Assembly (NCBI GenBank): GCA_965198115.1 | Contig: OZ240241.1 | Coordinates: 768,001-832,000, forward strand | Length of the DNA: 64,000 nucleotides | Direction: 5' to 3' | Origin: Candidatus Latescibacterota bacterium | GTDB lineage: Bacteria; Latescibacterota; UBA2968 | Shown here: positions 19,244-29,661 of the stretch, in pieces | Numbering within the stretch: the stretch's first letter is position 1 | Layout of the letters: each line of letters opens with the position of its first letter | Made by a program: the position numbers and the translations under genes | The notes under the pieces: generated by a model | The model's database searches: none | Told to the model about the DNA's origin: nothing | Seen by the model: only the letters and a program-made list of their open reading frames with translations

Positions 19244-20631
19244 GGTCAAGTCCCATAGTCAGTTGAAAACTCATCGGGCCCCGTAGTTTGGTCAGGCTCT
19301 CTTTTGAGCATTCTGTTCGTTGTCGAGATTCAGATCTTTGTTCAGTGCTTGCCTGAGTAGGGGAAGATGTTTGTATCCGCTCACGCGTCGCAGGCGAGGT
19401 TCGATGTCGAGGAGTGCGGCAGCCACCCATCTGTGTCTCTGGGGAGAGTTGTTCCAGCGTCTGACCTTCCGAGTGAGCTCGCCGGTCATGCTGTTGAGGG
19501 CTTCGATGCAGTTGGTGGTTCGGAAGCTTCGTTTCAGGAATGGGAGCATACCCAGCCGGTGGAGGGTCAGGGTTTCCTCCAGGCCTTCCTCGAGGCTCGT
19601 TACGGCAGACTGATTCATCAGCTTCAGTTCGGGTTTAAGTGATTCGAGTGCGGCCTTTGCCTCCTCGTAGGTGTCGCAGTCATAGGCTTTCTGGAGCTTC
19701 CGTCGAACTCTTGGACGTTCCCTCTCCGGGAGATAGCTGACGACATTCTCGCGCTTGTGCCACTGACAGCGATGCACGCGCACATACCCTTTGAGGGCTT
19801 TGGTGACAGCACTGCGGAGTCCCTTTGAGCCGTCAAGCACAACGAGAAGGCCCTGGTCGTAGCACAGGCCTCTCCGGATGAGGTCCTGGATCAGCTGGCG
19901 GCAGATCCGTTCGTTCTCCGTCGCCGATTCGACGAAGCCCAGGGGGATCTTCTGGCCGTCCATCGTGACCCCCGGAGCGATCACGATCTCTTCGTCGGCA
20001 AAGCTCTTTCCGTCAATGAACAGGGTCACGAAGCCGTAGTCGTCGAGGGGACGCTCCTGGAACTGCTTCCGCTTCTTCGCGGTGGCTTTGATGAACCGCC
20101 GCGAGACGGAGGACGCTGAGATACCAAACGCTTCTGGAACCGATTCGGCACAGGCCTTGTAGTTGCGGCACGAGATCCCCTTGAGAACACGAAGCAACAG
20201 CCCCTCGTCCGTCTTCTTGGGCGTCTGTAGAGCCCGGTATGCAGCCAGGGAAACCTCTGCGTCGGTCTCGACGTCGCGCACCCGGGGAACGTCTAACGGG
20301 AGCTTCTGGTCCATCAGATACACGGATCCCTTCTGGCTTCCCCACCGACGATGCGCCTGCTCCGAACCTTTGCGCGCATACCGAACGCCTGCGAGCTGCT
20401 CGACCTCCTGCTGGAGGAGGTCTGCCACTGCCTCCAGACCCAACGGGATCAACGCCTGGATCACCGACAAACGCGTCTCCAAATCGATGACATCGCCCTC
20501 AACCTTGACTTCACCATCGCCTACAAATAGCTTCTCCATCTGGGCTCCTTTCTTACGGGTATACGCTCCTACACGTCTACCCAACGTAAGTTTGGAGCCC
20601 TCTAAGTTTCAACTACGATAGGCACAACACC
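19244..20631 (-). mobile_element. IS256-family insertion sequence (1388 bp)
   Basis: Ends GGTCAAGTCCCATAGTCAGTTGAAA / GGTGTTGTGCCTATCGTAGTTGAAA. Perfect 8-bp target duplication TTCCTTTC at 19236-19243 and 20632-20639. Confidence 0.93.
19292..20539 (-). CDS. IS256-family transposase
   Basis: LFIDGK, VVLDGSKGL, RCQWHKRENV, RTTNCIE. Confidence 0.93.
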   Translation of the reverse strand: MEKLFVGDGEVKVEGDVIDLETRLSVIQALIPLGLEAVADLLQQEVEQLAGVRYARKGSEQAHRRWGSQKGSVYLMDQKLPLDVPRVRDVETDAEVSLAAYRALQTPKKTDEGLLLRVLKGISCRNYKACAESVPEAFGISASSVSRRFIKATAKKRKQFQERPLDDYGFVTLFIDGKSFADEEIVIAPGVTMDGQKIPLGFVESATENERICRQLIQDLIRRGLCYDQGLLVVLDGSKGLRSAVTKALKGYVRVHRCQWHKRENVVSYLPERERPRVRRKLQKAYDCDTYEEAKAALESLKPELKLMNQSAVTSLEEGLEETLTLHRLGMLPFLKRSFRTTNCIEALNSMTGELTRKVRRWNNSPQRHRWVAAALLDIEPRLRRVSGYKHLPLLRQALNKDLNLDNEQNAQKRA

Positions 20632-20769
20632 TTCCTTTCAATCGGCGACCTAAGATGACGCAAGGGGATGAAAAAGCAAGCTGTTGAGAGGCGGCCCGCT
20701 CGGCCAAACCGCTTGAAGGATCGGTCGGATTGGGCTTAATTGGTCGCTCGCTCATCGAAAGGAGACCCC

Positions 20770-21831
20770 GTGCCAAGATTCGCACCCCAAAGACTCAGAG
20801 AGATCGGTTACGAACTCTTCCACGCCCTCGGCTGTCGTGATGAAGATGCGAGGGCCGCCGTCGACCATCTCGTCGAATCCAACCTTTTTGGCCACGATTC
20901 GCACGGAGTGCTGCGGCTCTACGAATACGCCCGGGCAATTCGTGAAGGACGGTTCGTGGCGGATGCCAAACCGAAGATCGTGAAGGACCATCCCGCGACG
21001 GCGGTAGTCGACGCCGGGGGAGCGCTCGGCCAGGTCGGCGCAACGTTTGCGACTGAGCTGGCAATCCAAAAGGCGCGTGACTACGGCATTGGATCCGTCT
21101 CCCTCAGAAATACGAGTCACATCGGGCGAGTGGGAGCCTATCCGCTGATGGCCGCGCGAGATGGCTTCGTGGGGCAGATTTTCGTTAACGCCGGTCACCT
21201 TGGCTATCAGATTGCCCCGTTCGGTGGGATCGACGGCAGGCTGAGCACGAACCCGCTGGCTTTTTCGGCACCCCGGCGGAATCACGAGCCCCTGATGGTC
21301 GACATGACGACATCGGTCGTGGCGGAAGGCAAGATTCGTGTCGCGTTGAACCGTGGAGACCGGCTGCCCAACGGCTGGGTCATCGATCACGACGGTCAGC
21401 CGACGAACGACCCCACGGATTTCAGTGAAGAGCCCTACGGGGCCATTCTTCCCCTGGGTGGCGTCGTTGCCCACAAGGGGACGGCGCTCAGCATGATGGT
21501 GGAAGTACTTGGAGGCCTGCTGAGTGGGCTGGGCTGTGCGAGCGGGTCACGGACGATGATCAGCAACGGGGTTTTTCTGAACGTCTACAACATCGAGTAT
21601 TTTGCAGATCTGGATGAGTACTACGACGAGTTTGAATCACTCATCGCCCACGTAAAGTCCAGCCGTCTTGCGGACGGTTTCGATCAGATTCTCATTCCCG
21701 GCGAGCCCGAATTCATGAGCGCGGAGCGACGGGAAAAGGAGGGGATCGAATTGGATGACACCACCTGGTCGCGGATCGAGGAAGAAGCGCGTCTGGCGGG
21801 TCTCGACCCCGGGAAATGGTCGCAGGCGTGA
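20770..21831 (+). CDS. Ldh_2-family (malate/L-lactate/hydroxycarboxylate) dehydrogenase
   Basis: GHDSHG, HIGRVGAY, STNPLAF, DMTTS, HKGTAL, IPGEPE; GGAG RBS + GTG. Confidence 0.92.
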   Translation: MPRFAPQRLREIGYELFHALGCRDEDARAAVDHLVESNLFGHDSHGVLRLYEYARAIREGRFVADAKPKIVKDHPATAVVDAGGALGQVGATFATELAIQKARDYGIGSVSLRNTSHIGRVGAYPLMAARDGFVGQIFVNAGHLGYQIAPFGGIDGRLSTNPLAFSAPRRNHEPLMVDMTTSVVAEGKIRVALNRGDRLPNGWVIDHDGQPTNDPTDFSEEPYGAILPLGGVVAHKGTALSMMVEVLGGLLSGLGCASGSRTMISNGVFLNVYNIEYFADLDEYYDEFESLIAHVKSSRLADGFDQILIPGEPEFMSAERREKEGIELDDTTWSRIEEEARLAGLDPGKWSQA

Positions 21832-21898
21832 TGGAACATAGAACATTGGACAGACATTGGCAGATAGCGCGGAACCGGACTTTCAAATCGGGATTCGT

Positions 21899-23026
21899 AT
21901 GGACGAACTCAGATTCGGTGTGATCGGCATCAAAGGTCGGGGAGACGGTCTCGCTAAAGAGGCAGCATCGATCGACGGTGTCGAGGTCGTGGCTGTGGCG
22001 GATCTGGATAGGGACGCCGCGCGACAAATCGGAAGTTCGATCGGTGCCGCCGTATACGACGACTACGAGGAGATGTTAAAGCAGGTCGACCTCGATGCGG
22101 CCGTGATCGCGACGCCCCACCGGTTTCACGCGCCGATGGGGCAGGCTTGTCTGGAAGCCGGGCTGCACACGTTTCTGGGAAAGCCGATCGCGAACACGGT
22201 GTCAGAGGCGGATCGACTGGTCGAGGCAGCCGCTACTCGAGGTTTGACATTCGGGATCGGTCACAACTACCGGACATTCCCGGGCAACATCGTGATGAAG
22301 GCGCTCGTCGAGGAAGCCGCGCCGATCCATCGGGTTCTTTGGCAGTGGTTGGACACGCGGCCAGAGACATACTATGACCGGGATATCTGGCGCTGCACGT
22401 GGGCCGATGCCGGGGGTGGCGTGCTCATGAACCAGACCAGCCACGATCTGGACCTGCTGTGTTGGATGTTGGGGGAGCCTGAGGAGGTGTCGGCGATGAT
22501 CGGTAATTGGGGCCACCGATCGGAAATCGAGGACACGGCCGTGGCCAACATCCGATTCAGGTCGGGTGCGATCGCGAACGTTCAATTGGGAATGTGCGAC
22601 CGGGCCCTGAACTACAGGCAGGTGGCAGGTGATCGCGGTGTGGTCGAGTTTCGAGACGAAAGGAATCCCAACAGTGTCGTGCCGGATTCGCTCAGGATCG
22701 GTCGCTACGCGCACGCCATGCGGGCGTTCATTGCCAAGAATGACGGCGTCACATCGAGACCCGACGTCACGTGGGAGGAGATAGACGTCGTGGGTGAGCG
22801 TCGTTTTCCACAGATTGTACCGGACTTCGTGTCGGCGATCAGAGCAGAACGTGACCCCGTGACGAGCGGTGCATCCGCTCGTGTGACGTTGGAACTGATC
22901 AATGCCATCATTCTTTCTTCGTTCACACGGGCGTCGGTACGAATGCCCGTCGATCGGGTCGCCTACGACGCCCTGTTCTCGGAGTTGAGCGATGGACGTA
23001 AACGGGTTGACCGGTGGGGCTCGTGA
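21899..23026 (+). CDS. Gfo/Idh/MocA family oxidoreductase
   Basis: LRFGVIG, IATPHRFH, LGKP (normally EKP), GGGVLMNQTSHDLD. Confidence 0.9.
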   Translation: MDELRFGVIGIKGRGDGLAKEAASIDGVEVVAVADLDRDAARQIGSSIGAAVYDDYEEMLKQVDLDAAVIATPHRFHAPMGQACLEAGLHTFLGKPIANTVSEADRLVEAAATRGLTFGIGHNYRTFPGNIVMKALVEEAAPIHRVLWQWLDTRPETYYDRDIWRCTWADAGGGVLMNQTSHDLDLLCWMLGEPEEVSAMIGNWGHRSEIEDTAVANIRFRSGAIANVQLGMCDRALNYRQVAGDRGVVEFRDERNPNSVVPDSLRIGRYAHAMRAFIAKNDGVTSRPDVTWEEIDVVGERRFPQIVPDFVSAIRAERDPVTSGASARVTLELINAIILSSFTRASVRMPVDRVAYDALFSELSDGRKRVDRWGS

Positions 23027-23097
23027 GCGACCTGACAACAGGAATCGTGAAATGTAGGTCGAGAGCAGGGTGATTTACAATCGAACAGGAGAGGACT

Positions 23098-24141
23098 GTG
23101 GCTGACTATCTGGTTTACGCCGGTACCTACACAAGGAAGAATAGCGTTGGGATCTATGTCTTCAGGTTCAACGAAGAGGATGGGAGCCTCGAGTCGGTGG
23201 CCGATCCGGTTCCGTGCAGCAACCCATCCTTTCTGGCGGTTCATCCTGGCGGGAAATCTATCTACGCGGCGAACGAGGATGACGCGGGCGGCGTGACCGC
23301 GTATGGAATCGCAGAAGGCGGGGTCCTCGCCAAGTTGAACGAACAGCCTTCTCACGGGGCGGATCCGTGTCATCTGATGTGCGATGCCACGGGACGGTTC
23401 CTGATCGTGGCCAACTACACGTCTGGAACGGTTTCGGTCTACCCCACCCAAAACGACGGGCGGCTCGGGGAAGCGAGTGAGAGGATTCAACACGAAGGCT
23501 CGAGTATTCTGCCGCGACAGACCGGACCTCATGCCCATTCGGTCAACATCGATGCTCAGAACCGGTTCGCGTATCTGGCCGACCTGGGAATGGACCAGGT
23601 CGTGATCTATGAGATGGATCTTGAGCAGGGGAGGTTGCGACCAGCCGGCCGTCTCGATACAGCCTCGGGCGCCGGGCCACGTCACTTTCACTTTCACCCG
23701 AACGGTAGGAACGCATACCTGATCAATGAGATTGGGTGTACGTTGAGCGCTCTCGCGTATGACGCGAGTTCGGGAGCGCTGGAAGAGATCAACACGCTGT
23801 CGACACTGCCGGGAGAAGTGGAGGAAGGGTTTTCGACAGCCGACGTGCACGTCCATCCGAACGGACGGTTCGTCTATGGGTCGAACCGCGGTCACAACAC
23901 CATTGCGTGTTATAGCATCGATCAGACGACAGGCGCGATCGAATTCGTCGAACGGACGGATGTCGAGCCCGTGCCTCGCAACTTCGCCATCGATCCGACG
24001 GGGAACTTTCTGCTTTCGGCCGGTTCCAACTCGGGCAAGACGACGAGCTTCAGAATCGATGGGGACACCGGCAGCCTCACGCCAACGGGCGCGGTCGCCG
24101 ACATTCCCGAGTGTGTCTGTTTGATCTTCGTTGAGGTGTAA
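23098..24141 (+). CDS. pgl: Lactonase family protein (6-phosphogluconolactonase Pgl/YbhE-like beta-propeller)
   Basis: GTYT, NPSFL, PCH, VANY, PHAH, DLGMD, GPRH, SNRGHN, PRNF. Confidence 0.9.
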   Translation: MADYLVYAGTYTRKNSVGIYVFRFNEEDGSLESVADPVPCSNPSFLAVHPGGKSIYAANEDDAGGVTAYGIAEGGVLAKLNEQPSHGADPCHLMCDATGRFLIVANYTSGTVSVYPTQNDGRLGEASERIQHEGSSILPRQTGPHAHSVNIDAQNRFAYLADLGMDQVVIYEMDLEQGRLRPAGRLDTASGAGPRHFHFHPNGRNAYLINEIGCTLSALAYDASSGALEEINTLSTLPGEVEEGFSTADVHVHPNGRFVYGSNRGHNTIACYSIDQTTGAIEFVERTDVEPVPRNFAIDPTGNFLLSAGSNSGKTTSFRIDGDTGSLTPTGAVADIPECVCLIFVEV

Positions 24142-24207
24142 TTTCAGGAGCTTCGGCGGGCGCGAAAGCGTCTCGAATCTTGACTTGGCCTGGGGTGTCA
24201 CGCGTGA

Positions 24208-25350
24208 CTATTTCGTAATCACCAGGATTCTGTCGTCCTCCGCACCCGGGTTTCCCCGCCCATCCCGATTACTCGTCGCCAGATAGACCTCGCCCCGAGG
24301 TCCGACGAGCACATCGCGCAGCCTTCCAAACTGCCCAGCGAACAGCTGCTCCTGTGCAATGACCGATCGGCCGTCCTGGCTGAGCTGCAGCCGGTAGAGG
24401 GTCGACCCTTTGAGGGTCGTGAACAGCAGGCTGTTCGACCACTCTGATATCAGGCTACCCGAGTAGAAATCCATGCCCGACGGTGCGATCGTCGGTGTCC
24501 AGGCCGCCATCGGCTCGACCACGTCGTTGGCGGTGCAGAACTCCATTTCGGGACCGATGTCGTCGTCGCAGAACCCGTGTACGCTGGGCCATCCGTAGTT
24601 ACCGCCGGCGACGACGCGATTGACTTCGTCGTTCGTCGACGGTCCGTGCTCGGTGACGTAGAGGTCTCCGGTTGTCGGGTTGAAGACGATGCCTTGGGGG
24701 TTTCGGTGTCCGAAGGAGTAAATCGCGTTGCCGAACGGATTGTCGACGGCGGGTGTACCGTTCAGGGTCAGCCTCAAGACCTTTCCCGCAAGATTGTTCG
24801 TGTCCTGCGGCAGACTCGTGTTTTGGGCGTCACCCGTCGTCAGGTAGAGATGTTCTTCGGGGCCGATGGCCAGACGTGCGCCGTCGTGGTTGCTGGCCCC
24901 GGGAATCAGGTCGATCAGGATCTCCTCCCCGCCCAGACCCAATCCGTCCCACGATCTCCGAACCAGACGGTTTCGGATGTTTCCCGAAACGCCGTAGGAA
25001 TAGGCGAGGTAGACCCACGGGGATGCCGGGAAGTCTGGATGCAGGGCAAGCCCGAGCAGCCCACTTTCGCTCTGTTCTAAGGCGCCGACTGTCGCGACCT
25101 CGGTGACCGATCCACTGGCCGTGTCGATCCGTGAGACGACACCTCGCCGCTCCGTGACCCACAGGACGCCGTCGGGCCCCATGACGATATCCCACGGGGT
25201 ATCCAGACGAGTGGCCACGGTGCGGACAGACAGATCGCCGGGTATGTCCCCTCCCGGATTTCCGGCCGGTTCAGGAGCGAAAGGTCCTTCTTCGATGGCG
25301 CCGCAGGCTACGATGAGGCAACTCAGAAGCGATGAATACCGACGATGCAT
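24208..25350 (-). CDS. PQQ-dependent sugar dehydrogenase (GSDH family), probable lipoprotein
   Basis: IVAC lipobox-like signal; GLLGLALHPDF, NHDGARL, GHRNPQG, GNYGWP, GRLRDV. Confidence 0.92.
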   Translation of the reverse strand: MHRRYSSLLSCLIVACGAIEEGPFAPEPAGNPGGDIPGDLSVRTVATRLDTPWDIVMGPDGVLWVTERRGVVSRIDTASGSVTEVATVGALEQSESGLLGLALHPDFPASPWVYLAYSYGVSGNIRNRLVRRSWDGLGLGGEEILIDLIPGASNHDGARLAIGPEEHLYLTTGDAQNTSLPQDTNNLAGKVLRLTLNGTPAVDNPFGNAIYSFGHRNPQGIVFNPTTGDLYVTEHGPSTNDEVNRVVAGGNYGWPSVHGFCDDDIGPEMEFCTANDVVEPMAAWTPTIAPSGMDFYSGSLISEWSNSLLFTTLKGSTLYRLQLSQDGRSVIAQEQLFAGQFGRLRDVLVGPRGEVYLATSNRDGRGNPGAEDDRILVITK

Positions 25351-25424
25351 CAGGATGTGTCTCCGGATTCGCTCAGGGAAAGGGAACGAACCTTAAACCC
25401 GAGGAGGACGCCTGGGTTCCGGGA

Positions 25425-27010
25425 TCACCGAGCGGGGAGGAGGGCGGGTTCCTGGCGGATCACGACGAAGGTGAGTTCGGTGCCCGGGTCGAGTCGCACG
25501 CTCAATCCGCGGCTTAGGTGTCGGCCTTGCCAAATGGCAGAAGATTCTGATTGGGGAAACCGCAGCTCGTAATCCGTGTCCGGGTCGATGACATACGGAC
25601 GGGGATACACCCCGTCGGAGTGGGGATGCAGGGAGGTGAACAGGAGCCGACCCTGCCACGGGCTTTGCGCCCGGGCCGCGAAATAGAGCGAGTCGCCAAC
25701 GGCCGTCGCTCCCCACGCCAGATCAGATCGCCAGGGGATCAACCTCGCTCCATAGATGGCATCGTGTGCCGTCGCCGCCAGCCATCGGAGACGTCTTGCG
25801 TCACCCATGTCATCGACCCGTGGTGTCGATGGTACTTGAATAGCTTTGCCGATGGCGTGACGGACTTTTGAGGACAACGAATCGGACCCCAACCGATTCG
25901 CGAGAACGGCCGACTCGACGAGCGCATCCGTCGTCAAGCTGGAGGCGATCCTGCTGGCCTGCTCGGCATAGGTCGTGTTGCCACTCAGTTGGCCGAAGCG
26001 TGGGCCGCGGAAAGAAGACGCGCCTCGTGCTTGGACGCGCGCCGCCGGTCGATCCTGTAGCCGCCTCTGGCATCCGGATCGATCCTGCGTGAAATTCTGC
26101 CACCGGGGGTTCGACCGTGGCGGAAGATGGTGTCGAACATGCCCGAAATCATCGGGCGATACACATCCGCTCGTGCCGAGCTATCCTCGACCTCTGCGCC
26201 GTAGAGGGAAACGAGCCCTTCGATGATCGCGACGCCGCCGTCATCGAGTGTCAGTTCTCCGTCTCGTGCCCGGTCTGCAGCGAAATCCCACCGATCTGCC
26301 GGGAGTCCCCCATTCTTGGGCATCACGCCGACGCAGTAAGCGTCGCCTATGCGTCTGGCGTAGTAGAGATATCCTTCGTCGCGGGTCGCTGAGCTCAGGA
26401 GTGGGAGTAATTTGAGATACCTCCCGTTCACACCTGATCTGTCCGAAGGGATGGGGCCTTCGGCGAAGTCTGTCGTGACAGCAGCGCGAAGGAAAGCGGC
26501 ATCGACAATGGCGCGCATTCTGTCTGTCCAGGGGCCGGGTCCCGTCAGCACGACGGCTCTGGAGAGACCCACGGCGTAGTGGGAGGCGTTGGCGACGATG
26601 CGATCGGCGTCGGTCGTCGCGTGGACGAATCGTCTGCGTTCGAGATCGTAGTCGTCGGGCAGAGCGGCCAGACGTGAGGTCAGGTTGATCTCGTCACGGA
26701 GGGTCTCACGGAGGAGACCGGCGTAGAGAGGGTGGTCGGTCAGCCACGCGGCGATGACGAGCGAGGGAAAGAGTTGCGCTGCCGTCGTTGCGATCGACCA
26801 GCGGTCGCCCTCGGGCCCGGCACGAAGAAGACTCGATTCCGTATCCTTGCGCCCGGCCCAGGCGACGAGCAGATCGTGGATTTGAGGAAGGGTATTCACA
26901 GACAGTGCCGCGTTTTCTCTGGCGACCTGGAATGCAGCCGGGTCAAGAGCGGCCGAGGGTCCGTAGCAAAGGGTGGTGAAGGCAACGGCCGTAAAGAGCG
27001 TTAGGGTCAC
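25425..27010 (-). CDS. Hypothetical exported protein, one frameshift near 26000
   Basis: GTGA coupling to the upstream gene and a signal-peptide-like N-terminus. ORFs 25985-27010 and 25425-25937 join via ...AAH(R)FGQLSGNTTYAEQASRIASSLTTD. Confidence 0.65.
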
Positions 27011-28194
27011 GCGTGCACGTGCTCCGCTTCGTTGACGACTGGGCCGGTCACGTCGTTCGAGTCGAGTCGGAGGGGTGTGGCGTCCTTGCCGATGAAAACG
27101 GCTGTGCTCTGGACGCCGAGTCCCGTGTCGGCGATTTTGTTTCGCTCGAATGTCAGATCGTGCGTGTGGCCAAGAACCCGAACGCCACAGCCTTCCTGAG
27201 CACTTCCGTTGTCCGAAATCTCGTTGTCGATGAACCGGTTGCGATGGCCGGCCATGGGTTCGGATTCGTTACGAAACAAGATCCCCTCACGACCGTTTCC
27301 ACGAACACGGTTCCTCGTGAATACGTTGTCCGTGTCTTTATGACCGATGGAGATACCCGTTTCTCCGTTGTCCAGCAATTCGTTGTCCTCGAACACGCCG
27401 TGCTTGACGCGCCAGCAAAGGAACAGACCGATCCGACCGTTGCCTTCGGACCGGCACCGTCGAATGGTGGGCGATCCGCTCCCGCTCCCGGGATGAAGAC
27501 CCAGGTGCGTGTTGCCCTCGCAGACACAATCCTCGACGGTCACGTCCTGGCTCTGCTGGAAACTGATCCCGTCCCCCGCGTAGTCGAACAACCTTGCAGT
27601 CTTCGATCGTCGTTCCGTGGGCTCGGTAGAGGAAGATTCCTGCGCCGCGGCATCCTGTCAGATAGCCGTTGCTCTCCTTGTGTCCTTGGATCTCAAGCCC
27701 CGAGATGGACACGTTTTCGACGTAATACCCGCTGATGACGGGAAAGGTCGTAGCGGCCGATGCGTTTCGGGAGACGAGGTAGTCCCCGTTCATCGGCTTG
27801 CTGACTCCGAACCTATCGCCATCTCGCCAGAGGAGCGTGGCCACGACGTGGTGGAATCCTCCGGAAGCGTTGTCGCCACGCTCACGCCGTCGCCCACACG
27901 GAAGCCGTCGGCGTTGGCGAGTGTGATCTGTTCTTCGCCATAGTCGCCGTCGAGGACGAGGTTACTCGAAGCCGCATCGGATTTGGAAAGGATGGCGCCG
28001 TCGCCTTCGATCACTACGTTCGAGCGAAGGTGTAGGGAATCGCGCATGGCATAGTCCCCGCGCCCGACGCGAACACTGCCGCCTCCGAGAGAGGCGACGT
28101 AGTCGACGGCTGCCTGCAGGGCACGGTGGTCGCTTCCCACGATGTCAGCGTCCGCCTGACCGACCGTTACCGAGATTGATTGCTTCTCATCCAT
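27007..28194 (-). CDS. Right-handed parallel beta-helix repeat protein, frameshifts near 27876 and 27591
   Basis: ALQAAVDYVASLGGGSVRVGRGDY N-cap and repeated xxN/GI strands across three consecutive overlapping ORFs. Confidence 0.82.
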
Positions 28195-28256
28195 CGTTTT
28201 GCCTCGGTTTCATTAGGCATAGAGGATGGAACATTGAAGAGTAAGACCGACCAATA

Positions 28257-29644
28257 GGTCAAGTCCCATAGTCAGTTGAAACTCATCGGGCTCCGTGGTA
28301 TTCATGCTCTCTGCCGAGCATCTTGATTGTCGCCGAGATTCAGGTTGTTTTTCAGTGCTTGCCTGAGCAGCGGGAGGTGTTTGTATCCGCTCACGCGTCG
28401 CAGGCGTGGTTCGATGTCGAGGAGTGCGGCCGCGACCCATCTGTGTCGCTGAGGAGAGTTGTTCCAGCGGTTGACCTTCCGTATCAGGTTGCCGGTCATG
28501 CTGTTGAGCGCCTCGATGCAATTGGTGGTTCGGAAGCTTCGCTTCAAGAACGGGAGCATCCCCAGCCGGTGGAGGGTCAGGGTTTCCTCCAGTCCTTCCT
28601 CGAGGCTTGCCACGGCAGACTGATTCATCAGCTTGAGTTCGGGTTTGAGTGATTCGAGTGCGGCCTTTGCCTCCTCGTAGGTGTCGCAGTCATAGGCTTT
28701 CTGAAGTTTCCGTCGAACTCTTGGACGTTCTGCCTCCGGGAGGTAGCTGACGACGTTCTCGCGCTTGTGCCACTGACAGCGATGCACGCACACATCCCCT
28801 TTGAGGGCTTTGGTGACGGCACTGCGGAGTCCCTTTGAGCCGTCCAGCACAACGAGAAGGCCCTGGTCGTAGCACAGGCCTCTCCGGATGAGATCCTGGA
28901 TCAGCTGACGGCAGATCCGTTCGTTCTCCGTCGCCGATTCGACGAAGCCCAGGGGGATCTTCTGGCCGTCCGTCGTGACGCCCGGAGCGATCACGATCTC
29001 TTCGTCGGCAAAGCTCTTTCCGTCGATGAACAGGGCGACCAAGTCGTAGTCGTCGAGCGGTCGTTCCTGGAACTGCTTCAGCTTCTTTGCGGTGGCTTTG
29101 ATGAACCGTCGCGAGACGGAGGATGCCGAGATTCCGAACGCTTCGGGTACCGACTCTGCACAGGCTCTGTAGTTGCGACAGGAGATTCCCTTGAGCACAC
29201 GAAGCAGCAGCTTCTCATCCATCGCTCTGGGCCTCTGCATCCCCCGGTATGCGGCCAGAGAAACCTCCGTATCGGACTCGACGTCGCGCACACGGGGAAC
29301 GGCCACCGGCAGCTTCTGGTCCATCAGATACACGGACCCTTTCTGGCTTCCCCATCGACGATGCGACTGCTCTGAACCCTTACGCGCATACCGAACGCCT
29401 GCGAGCTGCTCCACCTCCTGCTGGAGCACGTCGGCAACGGCCTCCAGACCCAGCGGAATCAGCGCCCGGATCACCGATAAACGCGTCTCCAAATCCATAA
29501 CGTCTGACCCAACCTTGACTTCGCCATCCCCTGCAAATAGCTTCTCCATCGTGGGCTCCTTTCTTACGGGTACACGCTCTCACACGCGTACCCACAACGT
29601 AAGTTTGGAGCCCTTTAAGTTTCAACTAGGATAGGGACCTCACC
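28257..29644 (-). mobile_element. IS256-family insertion sequence (1388 bp), diverged relative of 19244-20631
   Basis: Same left end GGTCAAGTCCCATAGTCAGTTGAAA. Right end ...TTTCAACTAGGATAGGGACCTCACC. Flanking direct repeat CGACCAAT(A/G). Confidence 0.92.
28302..29549 (-). CDS. IS256-family transposase
   Basis: Highly similar to 19292-20539; same DDE motifs. Confidence 0.93.
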   Translation of the reverse strand: MEKLFAGDGEVKVGSDVMDLETRLSVIRALIPLGLEAVADVLQQEVEQLAGVRYARKGSEQSHRRWGSQKGSVYLMDQKLPVAVPRVRDVESDTEVSLAAYRGMQRPRAMDEKLLLRVLKGISCRNYRACAESVPEAFGISASSVSRRFIKATAKKLKQFQERPLDDYDLVALFIDGKSFADEEIVIAPGVTTDGQKIPLGFVESATENERICRQLIQDLIRRGLCYDQGLLVVLDGSKGLRSAVTKALKGDVCVHRCQWHKRENVVSYLPEAERPRVRRKLQKAYDCDTYEEAKAALESLKPELKLMNQSAVASLEEGLEETLTLHRLGMLPFLKRSFRTTNCIEALNSMTGNLIRKVNRWNNSPQRHRWVAAALLDIEPRLRRVSGYKHLPLLRQALKNNLNLGDNQDARQRA

Positions 29645-29661
29645 CGACCAATGGTTTATTC

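Noticed and set aside
19244-29644. Composite transposon formed by the two related IS256 elements
   Set aside because: Each has its own target duplication (TTCCTTTC; CGACCAAT), and the two sequences are clearly diverged.
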